From Podarcis muralis (lineage: Eukaryota), in assembly GCF_964188315.1 (NCBI RefSeq), contig NC_135664.1:40424001-40488000 (forward strand): a DNA stretch of 64,000 nt. The letters are read 5' to 3'. This document shows, in pieces, positions 24,601 to 36,405 of the stretch. The translations under genes were made by a program, and so were the position numbers. The number at the start of each line of letters is the position of its first letter. Within the stretch, counting starts at the first letter, position 1. The notes below the pieces were generated by a model. It saw only the letters and a program-made list of their open reading frames with translations, was not told where the DNA came from and did no database searches.

Positions 24601-27430
24601 CGCCTCGAACACCCCCTTTCTCCCCATTGTTCCTGTATTGAGTGGAAAGGTTTGAAATGGGCTTGTAAATGCTTTGGTATTCTTCATCAGTTTCTACTTT
24701 TGAGCAAGAAGCTGCTGCTCTTTAGACCAAGTTAGAAGACAGAGGGTATCTGTCAGCAGTCATCAAATCAGCAAGGAAGATCCATCTTCTTTAACAAATT
24801 TTATGTACCACTTATTAAAAGAAAATACCTCCAAGTGGTCTACCATCGATAAGATAAGAGCTTTTTGTTCCTTGTGATTGTCTGCAGAACAATAGGAAAG
24901 TCTCAGTTTTGTAGTCTCCCTTCTCATTTTCTTATTAAAAGTTGATAAAGAGAAATGTTTCAAATATGCCAAAATGAGGAAATGTTTTATTGTAGCTAGG
25001 TGCCTAACATGTTTCAGCATGATTGCCTTATCAAGAGCTTATTCTCTTATTTCTTTGCAACTTTAACCAAGAAAGCTCTGTTACGAAAGAATTTGCATGG
25101 CAAAAGCGGAACTTCCTGGTTTATGTGCTGACTAAAAGTTAACACAGCGTTATTAATAAATATTGGTTTATTTCTACTAATACTTATACAAGAGCATGGG
25201 TGCAACTATGCCCACGGGACATTATTCATGTGGTCATTGTGTGCTTTGTAAAGTACTCCTAAATACAAGTCCTTCACTAATCCTGTGGATAAAAGGGTTT
25301 ATTCTGTTTGCAGTTTCTCAACCTCCTGCAGCACCTCCAATCTTATGTACACTACAGAATGTGCATGTCACAAACTCTACATTAAAAAAATGAAACCCCC
25401 TTTTAATCAGTGTCTAGTATGCGCAGATAAAGTTTTCAATGGGCCTAATTAGTTCTCTTTGTATACAGAACATGTGTAAAAAAAAAGTGGGAATCAGTCT
25501 GTCTCTTTGTTATCCTTGCATATGTTTACTCATGAGAAAAACCGTTCAATGTGGTAGTGCATATTTTTCCCCTTTCCTTCTTTCTTTAAGGTGCATTGCT
25601 CAATTCGCCATCTGGAACTTGTTAGCAGTTCTATAAGGAAGACTTTCTTTCTACATTCAATCCTCCTCATGGGGCTGCATAGACTGCTAGTATTCCTGCA
25701 AGCTGATTTAGTCATCTGAGAGTGTTTGAAAGCTGAAGGTGTTTATTGGATTCATTTTCAGAATGGCAACTTAGATTTGTTGGTCTGATTTATTTATTTT
25801 TAAGGATGTTGGCACAAACACTTGTGTCTATGTAAATCAAACACACAAGATAATTTACCTGTCAAGGAGAGGCCCACTCCTCCCACCCCAGCATTGCATC
25901 TTGACATGTTCCTTTGAATGAACGAACTGGGCTGTTGCTTTAAATGGGGTCAAGTTACTAGGGCACTTTCCTGGCAGGTGGGTCAACGTTGCTTCCCGGG
26001 AGAGACGAGGCAGTGGGGAGGTTGGTATGGTGCAAAAAACTAGCCGGAATGCCAGATTGGCTCTGCCCATGGGTACAGGAAGCATCTGGAGTCTCCTGGG
26101 AACCTTACGCATATTTTTCTGAGGAAGGCAGGAAGATAAAAAATGTGGCAAACTAACTGAACAGTGCCAGGACATATGAGGGAAAACAGCAGTAGCCTAT
26201 TATGGCTGTATTCTATACCCATTTACCTAGGAGTAAGCCTCATTGAGTTCAGTCAGACTTCAAGTGATGCAGGAGATCTGGGTTTCCAAAAATCTGTTTC
26301 TTTCATTAAAAACAGTCATAATGTAGTCATATTTGGACCATTGGGGAAGAGTGAATTAATTGCTTTCTCCATGCCTTATCTCCCAACTTAATTTCCCCCT
26401 TGAAGCTATTAGCAGTGGAGGAGGAAGGGGAAATACATGCAGTTTATGTAAGGGAAACTGCATAGGGCAAAGGGTTAAATCACCCCTCACACAGCTTCAT
26501 TACCCTGATCCAAAAAACCATGGGTTTTTAATTAAAGGAAAGGACATAGGTAACTCCATCCTATGTAGTATGAATATCTGAGTGGGTGTTTTTACATATT
26601 ATACGTTGACATTGTCGATCAAAGTTTAGTCCTTTATTTATTGTTAGCTTTACTAATCAAGTCTCCAATGGCTTCTTGTGGCAATGGCTCCGATTTCTGG
26701 AAAGCCACGATAAGCGAATGTGGGCTTTGGCACGGAATTAAATGCTAAGCAAACATTGGAAGCAATCCACTAAGCACAGAAGCTGCCCATCTGTATTCAT
26801 TTCCATGGGGGTCTATGCAGGGCAATGATGTCTCAGCACCAGCGGTGCATCAATGGCCTGGACTCGTTAAGAGCGATGTTGCTTAATGGCAGCGGTGACA
26901 GAAACTGCCTTCCAGATGACTTGAGTCTTTGTAGGTCAGTTCTCTTCAAATTAGGTCTCTTCCTCAAGGCCCATTATCTTAAATTGCAGGTGATATAACC
27001 AGTAATGCCAGCTACTAACCCACATTTCAGTAATCCCATTATGCTTATAGCAGAGGGCTAAGTGTCCGGGTAATTGCAATCCAAATGGTATGAAATGAAT
27101 GAAGTAAATATTGTTCACATCTCCCATTCTGAAGGGTTCTCATGTTCCATATTCTTGTTCTTACGATTCCTTCCCCTCCATGAAAGCAATTCCTTTGCCG
27201 TTGTATCAGAATGGTATGAACTATGGGTGGCCTTGTCTAACTTTGGAAATACTCCTGTGCAGTGGCAGACCTACAGTTTTGGAGCCCTGAAGCTTGAACT
27301 GTTATGATGACCCCTGTGCAACCAACAACAAAGTCTGGGCAACCACTGTTATCTTATTCAATGGGGTGGTTCCACAACAGATCACCACAACTTTAAAAAA
27401 GTTGATTACTATATCCTGCTACATTAACTA

Positions 27431-27570
27431 CTTCCTCTCCTTCCTTGGAGGTTTTAAAGCAGAGGTTCGATGCCCATCTCATGGATGCTTTAGCTGAGAT
27501 TCCTGCATTGCAGGGGGTTGGAATAGATAATGACCCTTGGGTACCTTCCAACTCTATGTTTCTATGATCT
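27431..27570 (+). mobile_element. CR1 LINE 3' end
   Basis: CCTTCCTTGGAGGTTTTAAAGCAGAGG..CCTTCCAACTCTATGTTTCTATGAT (ATTCTATG-type tail). Confidence 0.75.
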
Positions 27571-27594
27571 CAGATTTTGATTTAAATTGCTGTA

Positions 27595-27820
27595 CAGTGG
27601 TACCTCGGGTTACATACGCTTCAGGTTACAGAGTCCGCTAACCCAGAAATATTACCTCGGGTTAAGAACTTTGCTTCAGGATGAGAACAGAAATCATGCT
27701 CCAGCAGTGCGGCGGCAGCAGGAGGCCCCATTAGCTAAAGTGGTGCTTCAGGTTAAGAACAGTTTCAGGTTAAGAACGGACCTCTGGAACGAATTAAGTA
27801 CTTAACCCGAGCTACCACTG
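27595..27820. mobile_element. Tc1/mariner (Tigger-like) MITE
   Basis: TIR CAGTGGTACCTCGGGTTA / TAACCCGAGCTACCACTG; TA on both flanks; near-identical to 45323-45553. Confidence 0.88.
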
Positions 27821-28120
27821 TACTGGATTATCTCACATGTCAAAGTCACTGGTGTGAGCAAAAGTTTCTTATGCCTTACAATTTTCAAGTTGTGCAACTC
27901 AAATTAGATCTATTAAACACATTTTTTTTAAAGCACTGTGGAGTAAAGTAACTTCTGGAGCCCCTCTGAGATTAGGGGCCCTGAAGCTTAAGCTTCATTA
28001 GTTTCACAGTAGATCTGCCCCTGCTCCTGTGCATCTGTTGGTCTGTTGCAATCAGGGCCATAGCTACTGGGAACTAGTCACGTTTTTGGTCCTGGGTGAA
28101 GCCCCCATTGAAGCTCCCAG

Positions 28121-28122
<2 letters not shown>

Positions 28123-28160
<38 letters not shown>

Positions 28161-28162
28161 CG
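28123..28162. repeat. (TG)15(CG)5 microsatellite
   Basis: Direct reading. Confidence 0.95.
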
Positions 28163-28353
28163 CACGCTAATGCGCATGGGGGTTCCAAACTGGGTCTTTG
28201 ACCCAGGGGAAATAAAGCCTAGTTTCACCCCTGGTTGCAACCACCTTTACTTAGGCCTGGAGGACAGCCATGACCCAACTAGTCACAGGCCTATTTGGCA
28301 CCTTTCATAGGCATGAAACCCACAACCTTTGTGGGCAGGTATAGGCTCTGGAG

Positions 28354-28488
28354 CAGTGCTATTTTTCTAGCAAAAGAGATGCCAGAACTCACCATGAACA
28401 CCTCTCTTGTTCTCTTAGAATGGCAATGGCGCCCACCTGAGAGGTGCCAGAACTAATTTCCGGTGAGTACCTGCTGGAAAAAGCCCTG
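28354..28488. mobile_element. hAT-type MITE (CAGTGCTATTTTTC family)
   Basis: Same sequence recurs at 41991 and 61942; ends GAAAAAGCCCTG. Confidence 0.7.
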
Positions 28489-29217
28489 ACTATTACACGG
28501 GGATGGAGGGGAATTTGATTCCATTCACATTTAAAGATGAATGTTCCAAAACAATACACAAACACATCTTTCAAAATCCAAAATATGTGCTGCCCTTCTC
28601 CAGCTATGTAATGTGTACAAAAATGCATATACTAGGGTAAAGTGTGCATTAAAATGCTTACATTTGTGAGAGTAGCATGCAAATGCTTGACCACAGGATT
28701 GGGCAAGCTTGACCACGGTAGTTTACTCCAATGCTGGATTACTGCATTGGGCTTCCCTTTGAAAACTGATGCAGAAATGAAGGTAACTGAACTTACGATT
28801 GGAAAAATGAGAAACTGAGAAACAGACTCGCCCATCCCTGATTACTAGTTAGTCTAAACTAGCCCATAGTGGTGGGAGTTTCTTATGGCTTTTGTGATTT
28901 CTATTAACCATAAGACATTTGCATGGAATTGTGAGAACCAGTGTAGAGGCTCTGAAACAGAAGCAAATGCACAACTATAAGAGTCATGGAGAGAAAGAGT
29001 GAGAGAGAAAATGAAACATTTCTTCTTCAATTTACTTCAGCTATGCCTTTTTCACAAGAGTGATGTATAAGGAATTTTTGTATGTTCGTTTCAGAATTTC
29101 ATCCATACCCATTACTAAAACTCTTACTTGGTTTGCCTTTCATTTGTCAAAATCTGGTTTGCTTCATGTTTTATTCATTAGTAATTACTTTGTTAAAGTA
29201 CTCGCATTCATCTTGAG

Positions 29218-29270
29218 TTCTTTCTTTCTTTCTTTCTTTCTCTTTCTCTCTTTCCTTCTCTCTTTCTTTT
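29218..29270. repeat. (TTTC)n/(TC)n pyrimidine tract
   Basis: Direct reading. Confidence 0.85.
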
Positions 29271-30477
29271 AATTTTTGCAAAAGCAATGGTGGCAAGTAG
29301 TTCAATGAGCTGTCTTCTGTCTCAGCAGCCAACACCCCCATTCCCAAGAACACCTCAGAACAACATCCAGAGCATCCTCGGAAGAACAAAATGGCAGCCA
29401 CCGGGAGTGTCCAGTGTCAGAAGTTAAGTAAAAAAAAAAAAAGGGAAGTTGAAGACAGTCCTGACACCACAGCAGAACCACAAATGGAAGAAATTGGTTC
29501 CCAAACAGACTCCTCTGCATTCATTTCCCAACATATGGAAATTGGGCTGAAAGGGTCCTGTTCTGCTCAGTTTCCCACTCGTTCTGAAACAAATGCACAC
29601 CCTTCATTTGCAGTATGCTATTCTATTTCTTGTAACCACTGTAAGGCTCTCTTCACCGTGGAGCATGGGAGCCCTTTCAGCTCTGCACCACAGTGGTATG
29701 TGGGCAGAAAGTGCTGATTGCGCTGCTCTTTCCATGCCATGGGCCACCCCTGCAAGGTTCATGGTGTTCACGTAAAGACCTCATTCTCATTCCTAATATA
29801 TGTAGTTAAAACAGCCTTCCTCTCCAAAGGCTTATAAAAAATTAAAAAGGATCGATAAAGTATACTTTGGAAGAAAAATGGTTTGTCTAGGCAATGTAAT
29901 TCTCATTATCCAAATCTTCTGAAATGAAACCTCCTGGGGCAAAAGGCTGAGCAATTTGGGGCATATGCAGCTTATTTTCAGGTATATAAGCCTTTTGGCA
30001 GTCACATTTAAGTGGTGTTTGTTTTGGTTCGGTTTGTTCTGCTTCCACATTCATTCGCAGGGTTTACGAGAAAAACTTCGTGTTTCTGTGGTGAAGCACA
30101 GAAATAGATTCATTTGCTTTGTGCTCTCCTTTCTCACAGGCATTTGGCAGAGCGGTTCACATGGCTAAGGAGGGGCATGTTTCTGAATGAGAGGTCTAGC
30201 CCGTGGCAGCAACAGAGCACTGCTGGTAGCATATTTCTCAATATATATATATATAGCATAATATCCCCTTTGGGTAGTAATAAATTGCAAACGTTTATGA
30301 ACTTTAGTTACTGGAAATGAGAGGAAGTTACCCATAGGTTATGCAGAATCTCATATACTGTTGTTGTTTTTTTACTTACCACCCACACACAAAAACCACA
30401 TACAATATTGTACACAAGTCCACAGTCCTCTTCAAGCACTCACAATTACATGTGAGGGCTTGGACCAGATAGGGGCA

Positions 30478-30478
<1 letters not shown>

Positions 30479-30522
<44 letters not shown>
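30479..30522. repeat. (TG)22 microsatellite
   Basis: Direct reading. Confidence 0.95.
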
Positions 30523-30524
<2 letters not shown>

Positions 30525-30684
30525 CTGGCTAGCCAGGAGTGGCTGGTGTGGTGGGGCAGTGCTGTGCAGGCCATTCCACTGTGTTGGCTGCTTCTGCCAA
30601 TATCCCTGTGCACACTGCCCCTGCCCCTCCTCTCCTGATCTCCACACATTTAGGTCTGCATTGAGATTCTAACTGCATGGTTAG

Positions 30685-30948
30685 TGTTAAGTTGTGGGTG
30701 AACATATCAGACGACACAGCGATTCTTCAAACAGCTCTTGTTTATTCACAGGCCAGAACAGAACTGAACTGAAGGGTTCAGCCAGCCTGCTTATATAGAG
30801 TTCCACTAGAATGCAACAGTAACCATTTTCTGTAACTATCCAATCACTGAACGTCACTTTCAATCCCTTATTTGCATATGTGGACCTGAGTGAAAACTAT
30901 CTACAGTATCCCCCTGCTGGCCCAGGGTGAGAACTTCAGTACATAACA
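30685..30948 (-). mobile_element. Solo LTR (264 bp)
   Basis: TGTTA..TAACA termini; perfect 5-bp TSD GTTAG at 30680-30684 and 30949-30953; minus-strand TATATAA (30791-30797) and AATAAA (30741-30746) in U3-R order. Confidence 0.85.
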
Positions 30949-30949
30949 G

Positions 30950-31097
30950 TTAGGGTATTCAATAGGGACAAATGAAGGTACTACACTTAGGCAGGAAGAA
31001 CCAGCTGCACAGATATAAGATGGGAGGGGGGACACCTAGCTTGCCAGTGGTACATGTGAAAAGGATCTAATGGGCCTTAGTGGACCTCAAGCTTGAG
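30950..31097 (+). pseudogene. CR1 LINE ORF2 (RT C-terminal) remnant
   Basis: TTCAATAGGGACAAATGAAGGTACTACACTTAGGCAGGAAGAAC = FNRDK*(C)-KVLHLGRKN-type CR1 motif, followed by CEKDL-like TGTGAAAAGGATCTA; disrupted. Confidence 0.7.
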
Positions 31098-31098
31098 T

Positions 31099-31167
31099 AC
31101 CTAGAATGTTGGGGGTTGAACCTGGGACCTTCTGCAAAGCAGATGCTCTCTCACTGAGATATGTTCC
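31099..31167 (-). mobile_element. tRNA-Ala-like SINE head (Squam2-like)
   Basis: Reverse complement CTCAGTGAGAGAGCATCTGCTTTGCAGAAGGTCCCAGGTTCAACCCC. Confidence 0.55.
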
Positions 31168-31741
31168 TTTTCTCTTGTACATAGGATACTAACCAAGCTG
31201 AACTGAACACATCTCAGAAAACCCCTTTTGCAAGAAGGTCTGAACTAGAGCCTGCATGTGGGGACATTGGAGCAGGGCTTTTATATGTGCTCTGATCCAC
31301 TTCAAGCCCATATACAGTCACTCAAACAGGGTTCTGGTTCACACAGAATGGAGGCTGTGCCAATGGACATTCATTTCACTGAGAAGTGCCACCGTATGTA
31401 ATCTATTTTGCATGCAAAAAAACCCCCCAAAACCCCATACACACCACCCATGGGCACCTCACAATGAGAGAAGAGAAGCTGAAACCCAGCAAAATCCTAA
31501 AGGGATTCCAAAGAGTCCTGGGAATGAGGCAGAAAAAGGGACGCCTTTTCTGCAGGGAAAGACAACTTCCAAGAAATTAGAGGTCAGGTTTTGGCAAAGC
31601 GCTAGTGTAATTAAGCAAGCAGTGCTGTAAATCACAGGCTACATAATGTCTTTTAAATTGGTTTCTAATAACACATGGCCCTTGTGAAAAGACACTTAGT
31701 GCTGGTTATTATTGCTATTGCTAATATTATTAATATTCATA

Positions 31742-31860
31742 GGATGGCATTCAATTAAGTTTTACTCAGAGTATACTCACTGAAGTTAATGAAGGTGACT
31801 AAAATAGGCCCATTAATGTCAATGTGTCTACTCTGGGTAAAACTTAGTTGAATGCCACCC
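31742..31860. repeat. 119-bp palindromic element
   Basis: 50-nt arms 31742-31791 and 31811-31860 match 42/50 as reverse complements; 19-nt loop. Confidence 0.8.
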
Positions 31861-34168
31861 ATAACACCACCACTGTTGTTGTAAACCATCTATGTGTACC
31901 TCTCCCTTAACTCGAGCAGTAGCCGCTGTTGACAGGAATGGGAGGGTTCCATCTTATCTTTTGCTTCAGACAGCCAAATGTTTTGGAACAACTCTGCCCT
32001 CCCAAAAAATCTCACCCTCCCCTCCCCTAGCATGCAGACTGCGTTGCTTGCAAACATCTTTGTCAAAATACTTCTCAGTCATGGCCAGAGTATTTAAGAG
32101 ATGCTCTCCCTCCATCCTTGCAACAACTACAAAATCCTAAAGAGCAATTTGTTGTTGCCTTTTGTTTCTGTACAGCCTTTCTCCAATATTTTGTTACATT
32201 CCATTTTTTAGGAAGATTTCCAACAATGACAACTGTACAAATAAATACAATTATCACTAAATAGTGCAGAACATGCCTGCAATGATGTGTCTGGAGATTT
32301 TGCTTCCGAGTTCCCATTAGCATGACATCCCATTAACATTATATGAGTCTGATGTATTGCAGTCGGCCTCGCCATAGGATTATTACAGGAAGCTGGATGT
32401 TACTGGCTCAGGCAGAGAGAGCTTCAGGCAGGCTTCCATAGCCACATGGAAAACCTGGGAGTGGTGCGGATGGCAGCAGCATTTGGAAACCTCATAGCCC
32501 AAGGACACATACCTCAAATTCAATGGGATCTTTAAGTATGTCCATCATTTCATGTGCCCAAATAACATTTGCCCACCAGGGAGTCTGCTATATAGTCTTG
32601 CCTCAGATGTTTTTAGCAACTTAAGATCTGCGGAGGCTTTTAGCTTAATGGAGGTTTACACAACCTTTTGCCCTACGGTTTAAATGTCTCCTGCCCTGGT
32701 GGGCCTTGTGGTAAGTGAGGGTTTGGGTGTGTGCTGGGAAGGATAAGGATGAAGGAGAGCCTTCATGTATGTAGCAGTAAATGTAAAAATAATGCCGTAT
32801 CCAAAAAAAAATTATAAACGCAGCCTGAATGTTCCAAAGCTTAGCTAGGTTTTGCTTGGTTAGGAGTCAAAACCAACTGCTCTCTGCTGTATAGGACCAT
32901 TTAAGCTGCCCAGATCTTATAGGCAGATAGCAGACCTCCTCCGTATGAACTTGAAGAATCTGGTGTGCTGTGCTGAATCTCAGTGATTCTCAAAGCTGGG
33001 ATAGAAATCCACTGGAGAGATCCATTGGGGAGTTGAGGGTATGTGAATACTACTGGCTGTCGGTGGGGGACAGGGGACAGGTTAGTGGGTGGAAATAAGT
33101 TGGTGCAAGAAAGTAAAGCAGGTCTAACAATGTGCTGCACTGCAAGTCCCATCAGCTTCAGTCAACATAGCCAATGGTCAAGGGTGATGGGTGATAGAGA
33201 CGGTCCAAAGCATAGGGAGGGCAGCATGTTAGTTGTCTTTCTGGGTTGAAGGGCAGAACTGCCAATTGGGTTCTACACAAAGGGAAAACACGACTGGCAA
33301 AAACTCAGATAACCAATGCTGGGCTTATAAGCATTGCTAGCGAGCAATCCAGACTTGAAAGAAGACACACAGAGGAGGGTATCTTTGGGCCTTGCATTTG
33401 GATTTGTAATTTTAATACAAATCCACCCAGATACAGATCTTAATTGAAGGCAGAGGTTAGGATAATTTGCGGATATTTCATGATTACTATCGTGACAGGG
33501 TTGCCTCCCAAGCAGGCAAGTATCTTGTGGAAATCAGCCTGCAAGAACACAGCTGTGCTGGGGAGGGGGGGGGAGGAAGGAAGACGTTGGCAGGGAGGGA
33601 GCCTCGCTTCCTAAGAAGAGCTGTCTCAAGTAGGAAGGGGTCTGCACACGCGAACCTCACCCAAGCCCAGCGGTTCCCCACCGTCCCACCCCTTCAGCAC
33701 AGGGTGGAGCACATCACAAACGGCAGACTTTGAGAAGCAACTTCAAAGGTTCTCCCTGGAGGATTTTCCCGTAACAGAATTGAGAAACATGAAAATACCA
33801 AGCCCTCTTGTTTTTCTTTACTCACTTAATCAGTCACATTGCTTCTTCAAAGGTTAATTGCTATTTTTTTATGCAACTTACATCCCCTCCCCTCAATATA
33901 TTTCCAGTTTTGTTTGTCTTTTTTGTTTCCTTGCCTACTTGGATTGATTAGGTTGTCATGCTGGAAGGCCAAGAGCACAACTGTGTGCATGTTTACTCAG
34001 AAGTAAAGCGTACTGTGCTCAATGGGCCTTACTCATGGGGTACAGTTGGATAGGATTGTTATGGGGATCTACAAAGATTTGCACTCACTGATCACATTAT
34101 TTGAACTTTTATATATACTTTAAATCTATTTAAAAGTTATGTATTGTTCTTTGCAATTAACCTCCAGG

Positions 34169-34171
<3 letters not shown>

Positions 34172-34257
<86 letters not shown>
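34172..34257. repeat. (TC)15(AC)11(AG)17 compound microsatellite
   Basis: Direct reading. Confidence 0.95.
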
Positions 34258-34260
<3 letters not shown>

Positions 34261-36084
34261 ACATGACAAAAATCTATACCCAAGCAATTTGTTCCCAATT
34301 GACTCTTATAATAGCTTTTGTGTTGCTCTGCAAAGCCACACACATGAACATTCACTTTAACATGCTTTGCCGTGCTAAAATGCTAGCCTTAATTGGGTGT
34401 GTTTGAGTGAAAGAAATGGCGTTTGAAGCTCCTGTAAGATACAGCACAAGACAACTGTATACGCAACCAAGTCTTCACAAAAGAACAGCTCTTTGAAATG
34501 CTCAGTGAACTAGATGGAGATTAAATTTATAGACATTCTATTTCTTCATTAATTCAGAGATCAATCCTGGTTATGGGGAGCCAGCGAAAGTTACACTGAC
34601 TTAATTTAAGCCAGAGTAAAGTATGCCAGATCCAAACCCTGTTTTAGGGGTACATACCAGCGGGGCTGGTCCCAGTCTGGCATAGTGAAAAGAAACCATG
34701 AAAACAGAGATCCATCTCAGCCAGCATTGCCACAAGAATGGTGCTCACACAGGGGAGAATTCCCAAGCACCATTCTAGGTAGCTCATGGGAAGAGGCTCT
34801 CAACCGCCGGCCCAGGAATGCAAACTAAGAGGGCACATGTGGTGTCCCTAGCAATGCTCAATTCATCAGCCTATCAGCACAGGCCGCACATTGTTCACTC
34901 CAGGCATGCGTACCGCACACTTTACCAAACACATAGCCATGAGCACCAACAGCATGGCACATATCAACCAGGTAAAACAAATACAGGTGGAGCACACCAA
35001 CACATCCCACACGCCACACGCTGCCACTGCCTGGGCTACACCATAGAATGTGCAACACACATGGGGAGATGCCTGTGGATATTTTATTGAAAGCACCCTA
35101 TGAAATACACACAACAAAGGCAGCCATTAGACAACAAACACACACCCCTCCCCAAACCCCAAAACAAGCCCACCTGCAGCAGGAATGATCCCAGACATTG
35201 GCAGCAGGCACTGCCTCCTTGTCTTTAGGGAGAGACAAATCCATAAATTTTACTTTCTCACGTTTTCAGCCTGAAGTTCTCCCCATTTGCAATTTTAAAA
35301 AGGAAATCCACATGAACATTCACATTTCTCCTAATATATGCATATTTGCATGTTTGACATAATATAAACATTTCTGCAAGTATTTCCCCTAAAATAAGAC
35401 CATTATTTACATTATTTTCACTTATATAGACATTTCCCCCCTAGTATCTACTTCACTGTATAACAGTTTTGGTTGGAGAACCAGATTGCAAAATTCAGAG
35501 ATGTGTGAATTCTGAAAGATAGCTGCATTTCAGTTTGCATATTGGCTCCATGAGGGCAAATCAGGTTGATTCCCATTAAAATACTAACTGACCCAATTTC
35601 TCCCCCACCTCTACCTTCTCCTCGCTGTCTCTTCTACTCTCAGCAAAGCGCTTGCTGACAGAAGGGGAAAGATCACCCTGTGGATGGGGCAAATGTTAAT
35701 GAGGCCCCCAACACTTCTCCAAAATGGGCATGAGTTGAGGTGAAACACTTCACAAAAAGCGGCCCCTATTTCAGCTAAGCCTTTGATAGGCTATGCCTCC
35801 CATTATTGAAGAATACTGTATTTGAAACCTGGAATTCAACGTATGCCCAACCCCATCTGTCGCTCAGGCACTGGCAATGTCTACCGCTGCATATTAAACC
35901 GTTGCGCACAAACACAGTCAAAAGGAGAAATGTATGTTGTTCCTTATGTGAGCCAGTGTTTGCAAAAGTTGAATCTGAAGGAGGGGGAAAGGCTTGTAAA
36001 GGCATGAAGCGTATTTTCAAAGCTGGCAGGCTTGCCAAATACTTTTTTGCCAAATACACAGCAACCACTTAACGGATGTAGAGA

Positions 36085-36405
36085 GGGGGAGAGGGAACCT
36101 CAGTCCTGAGGGCCAAATCCAAATCACTATCTGGCCCTCAGGATTCTTATCAGGTCACACACATGTCCAAGTCACGCCCCTCACCCTGCTCTGCACCCCC
36201 TTTACCTGGCTCAAAATTGTCTTTGAAACTGTGATTATGCTTCTCACTTGCATGGATGGAGGATAGAGAGGGTATTTGTGCTAGCCGAATGTATGAAGGT
36301 ACAAGCCACATTCATTGCTCTGCCCACATTTGCCTCTAGCCCTGCCATCAAATGGAATGTAGCCCTCAGAATGTAGCCACATTCTGAAAAAGTTCACCTG
36401 CTCTA
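36085..36405. mobile_element. Degenerate hAT-like non-autonomous element
   Basis: GGGAACCTCAGTCCTGAGGGCCAAATCC ... AGCCCTCAG..AAAAGTTCACCTGCTCT. Confidence 0.35.

Noticed and set aside
30140-30230. Plus-strand acceptor ctcctttctcacAG followed by HLAERFTWLRRG...
   Set aside because: No good donor and no recognisable protein
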